DNA of 39,740 nt from Callorhinchus milii (Eukaryota). Positions 1-14,000 of the stretch are shown piece by piece (position 1 is the stretch's first letter; each line of letters begins with the position of its first letter). The notes beneath the pieces were generated by a model. That model worked only from the letters and a program-made list of their open reading frames with translations, was not told where the DNA came from and did not search any database. The translations under genes and the position numbers were made by a program. The DNA lies in NCBI RefSeq assembly GCF_018977255.1, contig NW_024705494.1, forward strand, positions 1 through 39,740, read 5' to 3'.

Positions 1-35
1 ATGTTATAACATGTGTGTTCAGCGTTATAGTAGCT

Positions 36-420
36 ACATCATGGGACCTCCTTTGCCAATACCAAAAATATACTGGCAAAGGAGGTCCCATGATGTCGCT
101 GCTCACCCCGAGCTCTCATTCCTCTGATAGTGCTCGTCTTTGTGCTGTACGCCTTTTGGCGTCCTCTGGTTTAACACCGTTTTGAGACTAGACTCAACAG
201 AAAGCTGTCTGGTGTGGACCAATCAGTTTAAAAGACAATGCATATATTATCAGAGTATGTTTTTTGTTTGCATACTGACCACAAGTATTGTGGTTAATTC
301 AGACATGATTCCTTGTAAAGGTTAAAGTTTTTTTTACATCTTAACACCTGTTTTGTTGCCAGGAAAAAGGGGAAAATCTATTCTCATATTTTGGTATTGG
401 CAAAGGAGGTCCCATGATGT
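36..420. mobile_element. Non-autonomous TIR/foldback DNA element (MITE-like), ~385 bp
   Basis: Perfect 32-bp inverted repeats at 36-67 (acatcatgggacctcctttgccaataccaaaa) and 389-420, with a third partial copy at 74-96. The interior (~140-390) is homologous to ~37780-38035. No coding capacity. Confidence 0.7.
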
Positions 421-871
421 TCCACGTTATAATGCCTTGCTCTGTGAGAGCCACATTCAGTCACGAATCAGCTATGGCTCAGTCTCTAAAACTCAGGCTC
501 AGCTCCAGCTCAGCCGTGGTTTGGCTCAGGCTTGAGCCACTCAGCTGCTGATAAAGATACACGAGTGGCTCAGCCGTGGCTTGGCTCAGCTCCTGGAAAT
601 CCTGAGTGTGGCTGGGGCCATGCTCGGAGTCGGCTCAATTCACACATTAGGGAATCACTACGTTAAGGCAGCACCCCAAACCCCCTCTATCCCTTGCTTA
701 TTTTATCCTCTTCCCTATCCTTTCTGGAACCTTCCATGAGCGCGCTACTGGAACTTACAATGACATTACACTTGGGGAAGGTATAATTATTTAATTCTGA
801 ATATAATTTGTTTCTGGTCATTCCTTAAGCAAGTCTAAGTCATGATTCATTTGTGGATTTTCTCTGCACAG

Positions 872-1017
872 CTCCAAGCGTGATACATTTCAGAGAATGG
901 AGATCAAGATGGCTCTGGAACTTCAGGGCGAGGGCAGTGATGAGGACTACAACGTCGTCAAAGTCCTGAACCATTTGACTTCAGAGGACACCACTGCATT
1001 GTCCTGGAGCTGTTGAA
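872..1017 (+). CDS. DYRK4-like kinase copy A, exon for subdomains III-V (carries an apparent 1-bp deletion)
   Basis: Acceptor tctctgcacag and donor gtacgt. Reads SKRDTFQRMEIKMALELQGEGSDEDYNVVKVLNH[F]DFRGHHCIVLELL, matching the DYRK F-x-FR-x-H-x-C-I-x-x-ELL motif. The exon is 146 nt where the splice phases require 147; the shift is at the T run at 974-976. Confidence 0.8.
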
Positions 1018-1199
1018 GTACGTACCATGTGTTCCCACCGCCCCCACCCCCCCCCCCCTTGGCGTGGTTAACTTCATTAGCTAAACAAAAACTATTTTAT
1101 TTAGCAGGTAAAGCCCACTGTCCGATTAGTTATTTTTCACAAGCGGCCTGGCTACAAATGATAGCTCAAAAAGTGGCTGATGTGAAATGTATGGCAGCC

Positions 1200-1375
1200 A
1201 AATACTCTAAACACATGTTTCTAAATGTAGGAGGAAAAACCAGAGGACCCGGAGAAAAATCCACGTGACCAGGGGGAGAACATGCAAACTCAGAATAAAC
1301 ATGCGTCAGGGTCATGATCAAAGCCCCGATCTCTTCCACACCAGGGGGGGTGATAACATCACACCACCGGGGCTA
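1200..1375 (-). mobile_element. V-SINE/DANA-HE1-like SINE fragment
   Basis: The reverse complement reads gtttgcatgttctccccctggtcacgtggattttctccgggtcctctggttttcctcctaca, the conserved core of vertebrate V-SINE-type elements. Confidence 0.65.
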
Positions 1376-1527
1376 GATGTTACTTCTGGGATTCCCGTGC
1401 CAACCTCGCATTGCGATACTGTGGAGCTGTCATGTGCCCAGGTGCACTAGAGGCCACTCCTCTTTTCTCAATCAGCTCCGCCCACTTTTATGTAGCCACG
1501 CCTCCACTCGATCAGCAGGTTGGCTGC

Positions 1528-1612
1528 AGCAGTGGTGACACTTGTGCCCCTCGGTGAAAATCCCTGAGTTTGATTCTCACACGGACGCCTTTCTGCGTGG
1601 AGTTTGTATCTC
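1528..1612 (+). mobile_element. tRNA-derived SINE 5' fragment (V-SINE-like)
   Basis: A/B-box-like head (gcagtggtgacact...gagtttgattctc) followed by tttctgcgtggagtttgtat. Confidence 0.5.
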
Positions 1613-1854
1613 CTAATAGATAACTCCACCACCCGGAAACAGCCAATGAAAGCAAGTGGTCAGATGTGCTAGCTGCTTCGGTTTATCAGCAAACCAATGA
1701 CCTAAACCCACACGGAGCTATGACTCATATTAGTCGTGAATGTGCAAATAGAATATTAATTTGTCGTTATCATAATCCACGCAGTATTGCAGGGTATGAC
1801 ACTGACACTGCGTCATTGTTGTAATTGTTGTTGTTGCTGCTGCCTCTTTCACAG

Positions 1855-1993
1855 GGAGAGCCTCCATGATGTGATTAAGGAAGCGGGGCTCCGGCAATTG
1901 CACATGGGGATGGTGAAAACTTACACCAGGGGCATCCTCAAGTTCCTTTGCCACACCAAGGCCAGGAGCATCATCCATGCGGACATCAAGCCA
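1855..1993 (+). CDS. DYRK4-like kinase copy A, exon ending in the catalytic loop (subdomain VIa-VIb)
   Basis: Acceptor ctctttcacag and donor gtgagt. Reads (K)ESLHDVIKEAGLRQLHMGMVKTYTRGILKFLCHTKARSIIHADIKP; IIHADIKP corresponds to DYRK IIHCDLKP. Phase is compatible with the 872-1017 exon. Confidence 0.88.
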
Positions 1994-2009
1994 GTGAGTG
2001 GACACAGCA

Positions 2010-5000
2010 TTCAGCGCGACTTTGTTCCGGAGTTGTGTCATTATTGGGGACTCGGACCATAGAGAAAACCGCCCACGTTGGTCACAGGGTCGATGTGTTA
2101 GCTCTGTCCGTCTATCTGGAAGGAGACAGGGTCATGTTACCTCTGGTGATGATCCGGTATGAATTAAACTGTCGTGTAGAGTCGTGTCGCTATTGGGGGA
2201 CTCACCACAGAGAAAACCAGCAATGTAGATCACAGCGTTGCCACAAACTTTGGGAAACACAAACCGGAGCTGAAAAGAATGATTTTCAAAACGTGCAAAC
2301 ACGCGTTTGAACTGACAGGTGCCCATTGTCGGCTTCCATGTTGTGAATAGAAAACTTCCCAAATCGTCACTAAATCCGTGCGCCCTCGAGTGTGGTTTTT
2401 GGTTCGTAACTCGTTAACGGGCAGCTGTGAGCAACTAGGATAAGTTGTCTATAGAGCCGCACCCTTTTACTTAGATGGTGCTTCAGAGAGCTTTACATGT
2501 GATGAGCCTCGACGAACATCGCTCGTCTTGACGCATTTGAAAGGGGCACCCCCAGTGGCAGCTGTCAGAAAACAGGGAATGTTGCACTTGACTAAAGGTT
2601 GACGACGGCGCTACGCCTCACCTAGTTCCCCTGTTTAGTATGTACTGTGGTACGTGATTGATCCACTGCTGGCTGAATGCTATTGGCGTAACCTTCGAGT
2701 GTGAATTTCTTCTGCCTCTCTTGCTTTAGGAAAATGTTCTAATCAAGGACACCGTGACCGCACCATCANNNNNNNNNNNNNNNNNNNNNNNNNNNNNNTG
2801 TGAACGCCTGGACACTACCGAATGAAGGTAGATTATATATTCGATACATGTGGTCCAAGTTATATCGGGGTTCCCCCACAGCCCGACTTGGCGAGTCGTC
2901 AAAAACTCTACCGGCAACTCCCAGGGTTGGGGGCGTCTAACCGGTAGGTCTCCATGCAACAAAACTGATCCCTAGGCACGACTGTACTTCCCTTATAGCG
3001 GCAGCTGGAGGCTAGCTACCGGATTCATGTGAAGGAGAGGATGTCCGTCTGAGTCGTGAGCTTGCCGAAGCTCGAAGTATTGTTACAGAGTTTTAGGGTT
3101 GCACTCCTCTAAATCATTACCCAATTAAGAAATTATAGATACCAAGCGCCTCATTAGCTAGTTACGATGAGGGTGTACTTTACATTTCCCACACGTATAT
3201 AGCGTTGCGTGACTAGTTTACCATCAAGTGCCTCAGATCTCCGTTCGGTCCATGCAATTCTAATTGATGAATCTTCCATACGTATTGTTAGGGAGCTTAA
3301 CTTATGTGGATCTAATGGCGCTCCCACCGGTGCATAGATTTCGGGCCTCCCTCATGGCGGCCTTAGGTCGCGTGCTGTCGATTGCATGAACATAGGTAGA
3401 CAATCCCGCTGTGTCGCACGCGCGCAAGTTCTGTTATATATTAAAGTAACTGCGGGACACTTGGAGAGCATGCCTGCAGCCCTGTGTGACGCCCACTGCG
3501 ACGGAGAAAACAGGTAGGCCGGCTCCTTAGCCCGAAACTGCATGCAGGACTGGTGCCCGTTGCCCACTTAGAGTAACCTACCTGTTCGAGGTGTAGAAGG
3601 ATTATTAGGTAACCATTTTGATCCTATGAACCGCCGAGTAACAATGGGTTACTGTTTTCTGAATAGGTAGTAAGGTGACGCCTTTCCATGGGGTCCTTTA
3701 ACAGAAAACGATACGACTGCCGTGAGACCACAAGGGGAGTCCGATCAGAGACTCTCGGGTTAAGAGATTTTCTAGTAGGATTGGCGTACCTATTTCTGTG
3801 CGAGATGACATACCCCAATCGTACCGATGAGAAGATTACACATGTCTCGAGCGTCTATCGTCACCTGGCAACGGACCACTACTGCATCCTCGTCATTCAA
3901 GATGAAGCTTCAACTGAAACTTCTTGTGGCACATTGCGGTGTAATGCTCGCTGGACTATACGTTTCTTCGCACTAGACTGATGAGGCACCTAGACACAAA
4001 ACTGCGAGCTTAACACAAGTCTCAATGGGTCAAGGAGGCGCAACACTACAAGATCGATCATTTGACTAAAGGAAGCACTAGTAGCGAATCGACACCCGGA
4101 TTCGCAGCCTACTTAAGGTCCCATGCCTCAGGAATCCAGCGATTGTGCCACTCTAGTAATCGGCGTAGGCTTTGCGTAACGTCTATAGACCATAACTTGC
4201 GACATGCAGCCTGATAATAGTGAGAACCGTTCGCACCGGAATACCACGCGAATGACTACGCGACCGCGAGCAACTCCTACGCGGGTCCTGTGAGTGCCAC
4301 AAATTTTGACCAATGCATATGCAGATGCGAGGACTAAGTTTAATCTTGGAAAGAATTCCCACAAAGTGGGTGCAAAGACAGTCCATGGACGCTTCGACTA
4401 GGTCCATTACGTATCAATTACTGCCTTTTCTAAAGAGCGCGGTGGCTAATAGCGCGGATTTGGTTTTCGTTTCCCTCGGCGAAGTAAATGATACATTGAG
4501 TTTCGCCGTAAGGAGTCCCCATTTCGTTGGTTACGCGACGATAGACTTGACTGCGCCTAAAACTATGTTTCGGACGACTTTTCTACCACAGGGCTGCGAA
4601 CGATCGGGATAGCAGAGGATACCACGTTTTTTTAGGTAGCAAGACTGTTGCAACAGGATAGCATAAACGGGATGAGAGGCTGGGAAAGTGTAGGGTTACG
4701 ACAATTTCCTGTAAGGTCATTAGGGCGTCTCTACTGTTCGGTTCTGCGTTTTGCACGCGCCCCAGTCTGAGCGATCTGGAGGACGCAGAGTAATTCCATT
4801 GCCGGACTTTCAAGGGTCAGGGAAGCCGCGATTCGAGCTGTACGGTCCAGGTTATACTACGCACCGTCCCCGATTACAACAGGTCATGCCGGCCGCTTGT
4901 ACCGAACACCCTTTCTCCGAAAACAAGAGGAGCATAGCAGCGAGAACCGGAAAGTCTTGGAGATAGGTTAATCCCTAGGAAAAGTACTTATTGGGATACG

Positions 5001-8000
5001 TTACACAAGAGAGATAAGGACGCAGAGGACCCCAGTTACTGAATGATCGACTACGCTCTGGCTGCTAGAATAAAGCATATGCGTTCAGTAGTTAGGATTT
5101 CACTGGAAGCTAGTGTCAGTACCGGAGTCATCTATCTGGGCGCGCTTACTCTGACTCCATGGGGATGAGCTGGGGTAGTGAGGGTCGGGGTCTTAAAATT
5201 TGAAGGGTGTATGCGTGATAGAGGCTCTCTAGGCATCACGTACGGAGTCAGGTAGTTGTATAAAGGTTTGCGGTACTTAAAGTGTAGACAGTATCTCATA
5301 GGGATTTAATCCGGTAATCACAGCGGTCAACTCATCGTGCCCATCATGGCACCGCCTCTTGGAATACCGGGCTCCGAACAGATTGCCTGTGTACCTTTTT
5401 TCGAGGGCCGTAAACCGGTTCCGTAGACTACACGTAGTAGAATGAAATATCATCCACACGGAACCTAAGAGCTTCGCTCGAGCAGATAATGATTAGGTAC
5501 TCCCAAACTGTACTCATCAATCAACCTCGAGTTAATTATCGCGTGACCTCCGCGAATGAGCGTTTTCGGATAGTGACGCTTTTCGCAGCGCAATCGGAAT
5601 TTATTCTCAGCCGCTAATCCGGTTGTCTCGGCGTGTGTGACTTGCGCTACAGTTATGATTCGACGAACTCGGCGTAACTTAAAAGCTGTGTTTCAGGTAT
5701 GACCCCGTTAATAATACGGACGAATGAACACAAAGTTAGAACAGTGGAACGGGTGTAATACTGCCAATTTCGGTGGAGGCCACTGTTTATAAAGACTGGA
5801 CGTCATTTACTGATCCGACCTACTCCGCTGACCTCATAAAGATTAATCAATCGTCTAAACTTTGGTCTAGTAGGAGTTACGCTGATGTATTCTCAATCTA
5901 TGCTGTCATTAGTGTGGGTCACCGGTGGAGAATGCGTCATGATTAACCTACCGTGAGAGCTATGTTGGCGATAATGATAGTTCTGTTTCGACAAACCACC
6001 GAGATTCGTTTCAGCGATCATCGTTTATCCGATTTAAAGGTCCGCTGTTCCAACCAAGCGAGTAAACGCACCACGACCGCATCGTAGGTTGCTTAGCTAC
6101 CATCCAAATGAGATTAGCTCGTGCAGCTATATCGTGGTGAGATAAAGCCCTGGGAAGATTTCACCAAATTGCGCGTAAATCGGACGGGCGAAACCTCGAA
6201 GGTTGGTGTAACGAGCCTCATATGGTGGTACACGGTGCCGTTGTGTCTCTGCCATCCTTCCCCCTGAGTTACGGGTCTGCGACGAGCTATGATAAGTACC
6301 ACTTTCATACAAAGCAATGGCTTCCTGCGAAAGCTTGGTCCAGCCTCTGATACTTTAGGTAGGCCCTAAACCCGTCATTGCGGGACAATGCAGGACTCTC
6401 CCCTCATGCTTCTATCGAAGATAACGATTAGAGAGTAGTAACGCCATGCGCATGTGACTTGTGACACCTGCAAGATAGGGGGAAGTACAAGAGTACACTC
6501 ACTCTTACATTAAAGTGTTTAAACGTCAACTTCCGAAAATGGCAAGGTATGGTTACGACACACGTGAAACTTTCGTAGAGGCCTTCCCCGACGCGAAGTG
6601 CACTCCGAAGTGAAAGCAGTATGTGGCCAGACATCTAGGTTCCCACCGGGGCAAGGTAGTCTACTGTGTGCCACTACTTTATTGCCAATAGGCACGTTGG
6701 TTGCGCTACATCAGTAGTCCGTTTTTTAGGGGAAGTCAGCGCACACTTCGACGAGAGGACTGAGAGACATGTGGGCGGACCTTAAAGTGAACTATGTTCC
6801 ACCGGGTCGGGCACGCTTACCAACTTTTACGTCATCCAAGTGGATAAAAGTACCGGGGGCACAGTGCAGTGAGTCCTCTTTAAAACAAAGCACCATCGAT
6901 ATACAATGCGACCGCACTATGGACCAGACCAATACCTTCGGCGATACATTGTAACCGCCCGATGGATGTCTCTCTAGGCGGTGTCGCCCCATCGTAGGTT
7001 TCCTATAGCGGGGGAAGATGCAACGGATGGTCATAGAGTTTGATCTAATCGAAGTTTCTAAAAATTCCGTCGGTCCTCACACACAAGCCCGATCAGGTGA
7101 TCAAACCTATCCCACTCCGCAAAGATGGCCGATAGATAGTATCAAGTTGTAGTTACTGTTGGGAACTTGTTGGATGAAGCGCTTTGCCGCGTCTATTAAG
7201 CCATAAATTGGTAGTAAAAGCTGAAAATTGACTTATACTGCGTCCCTTAAAGTGGAGTATGAGGTGACTTGCCGGTACTTACTAATCCGGGCGCTTTTCA
7301 ACCAATCCCGCGACGTAAACCAAGCTAGACGCAAATAGATATTCTAGCAAGGATTGGACCAGCAGTCTTAATTACTACTTAAAGTGCACACGGAGCAGTA
7401 CTGTCTAGTCGGCATTACGAACATATTTGAGTCAGTAGGGTTTACTTCGCGCGGTTGTGACTGCTTGCATGAAAGAAAGGTTGCGGGGAGAGGGATGATC
7501 TACTCGACGCTCTGAGCGGCCCCCAATACATACTTTCATGCCTGCTCGTATTCGTCTGGTATCGTCGCATTACACGGGACCATAGTACGGCGAGTGAGCG
7601 GCCATCACATTAGGAACTGTTGACCCTGCTCCACAAATGGCGCGAACCGGCATTCGAGGGCTAGTCGCTAAAGTAATGGTGCGATTTGGCATGAGCGGTC
7701 CACGCAGTTCTGCATTGACAAAAGTGACTTTGAGATGAAGAGACAATGTACAGTCATGCAGACAGCCCACCCAACATGCCCTTGCGTGTACTATGGTTAC
7801 AAGCTTTACCACCGTTTCAAGTTTATACCTATAGGCAAGACTAGGCCCAGGGGTTCCATCCTGGGCAGCCTGGAAAGTCGATCGCGCGAAATCGGCTACA
7901 TAATAAAGCGTGAGACTAGAAACCAAGAAATCACCGTGCGACGCGACACAAGGTCAACGGATCATACACATGCGGAGGCCAGGTAAAGAGATGATCCGGA

Positions 8001-11000
8001 CAAGGATGTACTACCATCCGCTCGTGCGGCTATCCCTAATGAGCAACAAAGGGGGGCCCTACTATAGACACGTCGACGCCATGAGAACAGTCCGTCGCCC
8101 TAAAGCACCTTCCGCCCGTCGGCTAAAGTGACGGGGGAGATTGCGAGATGCCAGAATCCGTGAGAATGGAGTCTTATACCGCCGGCAGTTTCGGACCTCT
8201 TAGTCTTTCGTGCCATGCAGTTGATACGGTTGACAATACCCGACCTTCCAATTCCCGTTCTCAGTCCCACGATTAGTACCCGAATATACAGATAATTCAC
8301 GAGTTCCGGAGATGCACATACGTCGTGACAGATAACAATGGCAAAGCGCTAGGCCTTAGGATAAAACCGTGGGAAGCCCTGTTCTAAAAATCCCGGTTCA
8401 AGTTGGAAGATTACATTAAGATGCGGCGGAATGGTTGAAATGAGTGATGTAATTATTATTATCGTCGGTCTCCTTCCCGGAAATCGTTTTGTGCCCGATA
8501 GCTTGGAGCTAACGCAACTGCCGTGTGTAAAGAACCAGACCGTCTTATAACAAAATTACACGGCGGAGCAGGCGCGCGGGCTACGACCGCATCTCAGAAA
8601 GTGTATTAGGCTCGTCTGACAAGGCTTACTCCTTCTTTTCTACAACAGGAATCACGTTGTTATTCTAAGTCGCTTGTGCCGTATGCCGGTTCCTGCGAGG
8701 ACGCGCGACTGCAAGCCAAGTGCCCAAACCCAAGTGGGATCAGTGAGGCTGGCCTAACTCTTACCGGCAAGCGGACTATAGGCCCCCGGAGATAGCCCGC
8801 GGCTTTTAATAGGACTCTACGTAAAGTGCGAGTGCAGTTGGGAGATTCTACCGGGAATGTACCTGGTAGTGACTTAGATATAACCCCCATGTGCACGGTG
8901 GGTAAGGGGACCAAGGAGTCAGACGGGACGAACCCTCCCTACAATCGCAATCCGCCTTCATCTTTGGTAGGCACCGCCCGAACAGATTTGTACAGTCCAT
9001 CCCAGGGTTTTACAAGAAGATCATTGGCCCGGACGACAACCGATAGAGGACCATTAAATACTCTGAGAATAATGACCCGTTAAGCGAGTGAATTGGGCGG
9101 TCCAGGCAGCGGCTAAGGAGGAAGATACCAGTTGCGCGTCATCGACATGCTGATAGTGGATGTACATAGCCAACTAAGAGGCTCGCCAGGGTGCATATTG
9201 CATCCATTCCCGGTGTAGACTTCGCGCAAGTTAATATGCTATTGACTTGCGGAATGGTCGTTCTGGGACGACGAGGCGCTCGGACAATACTACGTGTCCG
9301 CCAGTCCATGATTGCCTGTAATTCAGGGCGCCAACAGCCTGAAGTTTAGGGTTCGAAGCATTGCTTCGAAGGCGTGAATGGTGCACTGAGTCTCAGAGAC
9401 AGAAACCCATGCACATTCCTGCGCTCGGGACTGGCCCCTATTAGTCTGTCCTAGGTGCTCGCGGAGGTGTACCTAGGTCGAGACTATGTCGATAACGACC
9501 GAGATAGATCTGGTTGCCTACTCATAATATATTGGCGACGTGATGATACAGTCTACACTGCAGAGAGAGCTGAGTGCTTGATACATCAGATAGAAGCACG
9601 ATCAGGAGGTTGGTCAACAGGATGTCTGTGATGCAAGAAGTGTGTACAGCATGGGGCCAGCTAATCGTTCGCCGCGAGCGCAGCCGTACACCTCGCCGCA
9701 TACGAGCCGAATATGACCTCAGAACGGAGTAAGGATAATCAGTAGTCCAGCAGTAGTCAAGGTTTTCAACGAGCTGACTCTAGGTAGATGCCAAAGCCCC
9801 GTGTTGTGTAAGTTAGCGGCCCGAAGCGACCATTTGTTTAGTGGAGCTGCACACGACATCCATTCATATGAGTCTTCTGAACCGCAGAGAGTGCATGCCC
9901 TATACCCGCATAAATAGGATCTGTGGAATTTCTCCTAAGGACAAGAGACTTTAATAGTAGCTCGGAATGGGGCATTTACGCTTACGCGGCGAGACCTTCC
10001 GTATCAGGAGCTGGGTTGAGGATATAAGATCTCTCGAGGACAAGCTAATAGAATCGTTCTTGGGAGGGTACCAATTAAAAAAGTAAAGATAAGATGTTCA
10101 TGGCGCCCCTAGTCCCCAATTGATCTGTAGCGGCTAAGGTTCCATAAACCTCTCCCACGGATCCAGACACAGAATCCTTTGCATGATAGTATATGTTAAT
10201 CCCACAGTGCTCAAGCGCATTAAGGCATACTCCCGGGAGTCGCAGTTTGGAGTGGGCTTCTTGCGGACCACAATAGAAGGACATGCGTCTCGCGGGACTG
10301 TGAAACACCGCCCTACGACTACTCCGGAATCACATCCATATATCGGGGAAACAAGTAGTTGGCGTAACTCTTGGGCAAGATTACATCTAGCAGGGGCATG
10401 CGAATTGTTTACAGAGCTAGATTCTGAGGCGGAGTTGCACCAATAATACAAGCTCTTAGCCGGCGTGAACATACACGGAGGCATATTCTTATGTTTCAAT
10501 AGCAAGTTTAAAATAGAGTCCTTTTGCTGGGTTATTTACAGGCGTGGTTCAAGCCTAGTTCACAGTTTGCATTGGCACGTCGAAAAAGTCCGAAGTAGAG
10601 GTGTTAGAAGGCGCATGAATACCGAAGTCACCTTAGAGGAGTCACACTGAGGGGAGAATACAACGCAGACTGAGTTAAAACTACTTCCGAATCTTAAGGT
10701 AATATTCGAATGTTGCCCGTGCTGGTTCAAGCGAATCGTCGCAAGTTAGAATGGGGATGATAGTAGCATGTGTTTCAACTGCCAAGCCCTTCGCAACGGC
10801 CTTCAACCTTTGTTCACATGTTATCAGGTCATGAGGCTCGCGGGCTGAAACACTCAGCCGGCTACTTGGCGTTTAAAACGCCGGAAGCAGTGTGTTCGCA
10901 CCGATTAGTTTTTTCAATGGGTAGATTGGTGCCACTGCCACTCAGGGTCTCGTTAGGAACCCCTCCCGGCACGTTACCCCATTTTTACCTTCACGCAGCG

Positions 11001-14000
11001 AAGTCTTCGGAATTAACGAAGCCCTTATCCACTGTAAGGCAAGATGCATCGTATCAATGACTCACACATACTGAATAGGCACCCGCTGCGGGTCGCAGAC
11101 CTCGAACAAATCCGACGGCTTAGGGCGTACGGTTCGGCAAGAAACAGGAAAAATGGTATCAGGAGGGTCGCTGAGGCTTAATTACTCAGGTTCCCTGTGA
11201 CGACTAAAAGACGGGGTAAGTCGGTCGGAAAAGAACCTGCACCGCGGGTTACACTGACCTATGCTAGGAGACATCCGAGAAAGGCCATATCATCTCATGT
11301 GTGACTTTCATCCCAGAAACCGGGGTCTGTAGTCAAAGGTGTTCGTTATATAATGTTCAAGTAAACGGGGGAAGAGCGCTCTGTTATAGAGCAAGCCGTT
11401 AGGACTCGCACTGCAGTGAAAGAGTCCTGGTCCGGCCTGGAGGGTTACAGCAAAGTTATGACGGGTTCCTAGTCACCAGGAATAAAATAATGAGTAATGC
11501 GGAGGGCACATATTACATTTTGAGCGGAAGATCGTGGAGATACCGTTGGAGTGCATGTAGAGCCGGCTCGGAAGCGTATGCAATAAAAATAAGGTTCGTG
11601 GAGTTGTGCGTGCTATAGTATGGATCGAGTGACATAGAAATATGCTGGGCCCTTCACCGTGGAAACTACCTACTGAATAAGGAGAACCTGCGGGATGCAA
11701 AATTTGACAGTCCCTTTTTCTTTTACTCCCAGGCGGATGGTAAAGACCTTAAGACAGAATATCACGGGCGAGTAAGCTGTATGAGGGTCGTCGGTCCGAG
11801 ACCAGAATTAACTTCTGCGGTCTCCCCCCTGCAATTTATTCGTGGTCTTGACCTGAACCTAAAGTGGGCTTGGAGGGACAGTATTCTATGTAGACATGGT
11901 CACTGAGGTCATCTGTTCTAAAACTGTCAAGCGGAGTGCCCAACTTCAGGAGCCGCTGTTAGGTAGGGCCTTGAGGTGGAGGAAGAATCCAGAAGTAAGC
12001 ATCCACGCTTAATCGTTCGCAGAGGTACGAAGTGGCCGTCATGGGCAAGACTTCCTTGAGAAACACGTCACCGGTCGTCGCATATACGGAAGCAATCCAT
12101 GCCGTGTGCATGTTATATTTCAGAATCAGACTACCCGAACGGTTACGATTCGTTGAAGTAGCGTTGGGTGCACACCCGGCCTAAACTCAGGAATTGGTGA
12201 GTGCAGCGAAACCAAGCTGTGAATGTTTGGGGCTTAACGCTGGGAGCCATGCATGCGAAGGAGCCGATTTACCTATTCGGGCAAAGGCGCAGCAAGCCTA
12301 TAAAAATTTATCATTAATTTTTGACTAGTCGACTCATATGCTCTGAGTGCGCGTAAGAAGGACTGATAACGCCGTCACACGTTTGCATCTAGTGTGAAAG
12401 CATTGACTCGACAACGGCAGATTTCTGGGGACCAGTCGGCGTGGTTCCAGATGGGGTTGTTGAACCAACCATGCGTAGTGTAAAAGGATACACCTTTTGG
12501 TCGCTAAAGCCTTGTGTCTAAGCGGCCCTATATGTCCCGCATATAGGTGTTGTGCTCCAGAAGCAAGATTGCTTCGGTGTTGCCATACGTTTACTGCCGA
12601 GACGTCACGCGCCCCTACGCCGAACCGCTTCCGAAGTATTTGACATTCCCTGCTTATGTTAACGCTGATGCCAAAACTATCGCGAGGTAGACGCCAGTAA
12701 CGAAACTTTGGGTCGCCACGGGATCATCAGTGCCTGACCGGGCAGTACCCCGTACGGGTTTTACGCGTCGAATTCACCTGACTCCGCTTTAGAACTCATG
12801 CAGGACGCTGAGCCGGGTCAGATACTCGTTCCCTGATAATCAAATACGGAAAAGAAGGGAAGGGTGTGGTCGGATTCCTTGATTCATTATACAGTGTTCT
12901 AGGCGTGTGGTGGACCAACGGTCACTGGGGGAACATAATTGCGTTTTACGAACGAAGCGAGAGGGTTTTCGTACCATCTCCGTTCTAGGGCCGGGTATAA
13001 AGCGCAATTCGAGTAATTTCCCCGGCCTCTGGCCCGTAATGTCTGGCTTTTAGCAATCGGTGAAACACTCATTGCAGGCACATTAGGACCCAACGCCTCA
13101 CATACTGAGTTCCCCTTTAAGGCAAGTTATATGGCTCATATAGGCAATATTATTAGATCCCACAGGGATGGGGTACCCGCAGCGCGACTCTAATTTTGGG
13201 AGTTCCTTATGTAGACCGGCTGCTGACAGTTTGCCTCGACTCATCTTACAAACACTAATATTTCCAACTCGTATGGTCCAAGTCGGCTACCTCCTAGCTG
13301 CAAGTACGACACCTGTTAGAGGGCAAACAGCTGATGACCCGGACTGAAACGGGCGCGGTACGAGTCTGAGTACGGTTCCTGGTACCGCGGATGGCTCCTC
13401 CTGAACCGCACTGATTACCCATTTGAAAGCGCATAGCTTACAGCCACTGGCTCATACTATGTTTGCCCAGGAGCTCTCCAGCCGAGTCGCTACTACACTC
13501 GTACCTACGCGACTGTCTCGCGGGCTGCGCTGCTTGACCTTGAACGAGCCCATCAGAACAAGACTTTCGCAGCAAACTTAGGGTACGGCATTAGGACGAG
13601 TCATTTGAGGAACAGCCCTGCGTACTCATATTGTACACTTACCCGAGGCTATAGAAAGATCGCTAATAGACTAGAATTCACCAGGACTGGAAATGGATGT
13701 GGTATCTTTAAGATGTGGCTGAGGTCTCAGATGGTATAGAATTCCGCCGGAACCCGTTAACCACTGAGGTGCGTCTATTCTGCTAATTGGGGGCCAAAGT
13801 CCAGCATTAGAATTATACTTACATGTCCCAGACGCCCCGAAGTCACGGATAGTTCTACCGAAACACTAAACTGTCGGGATAACATTATCTCGGCTGCTAG
13901 TATATTGACCCCCAAAAATAAGCGCGAGATTGTAACGGAGCATAATAGCGCACTACCCTGTCTCGATCTTCAGGATGGATCGTGCGTGGCAACCGTCGCT

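Noticed and set aside
447..640. gctcagccgtgg(t/c)ttggctcag direct repeats with a short inverted repeat
   Set aside because: Probably a decayed MITE fragment, but its termini and family could not be defined.
9352..9370. Perfect 9-bp inverted repeat ttcgaagca-t-tgcttcgaa
   Set aside because: About one such stem is expected by chance in 21 kb when several loop lengths are allowed, and there is no supporting context.
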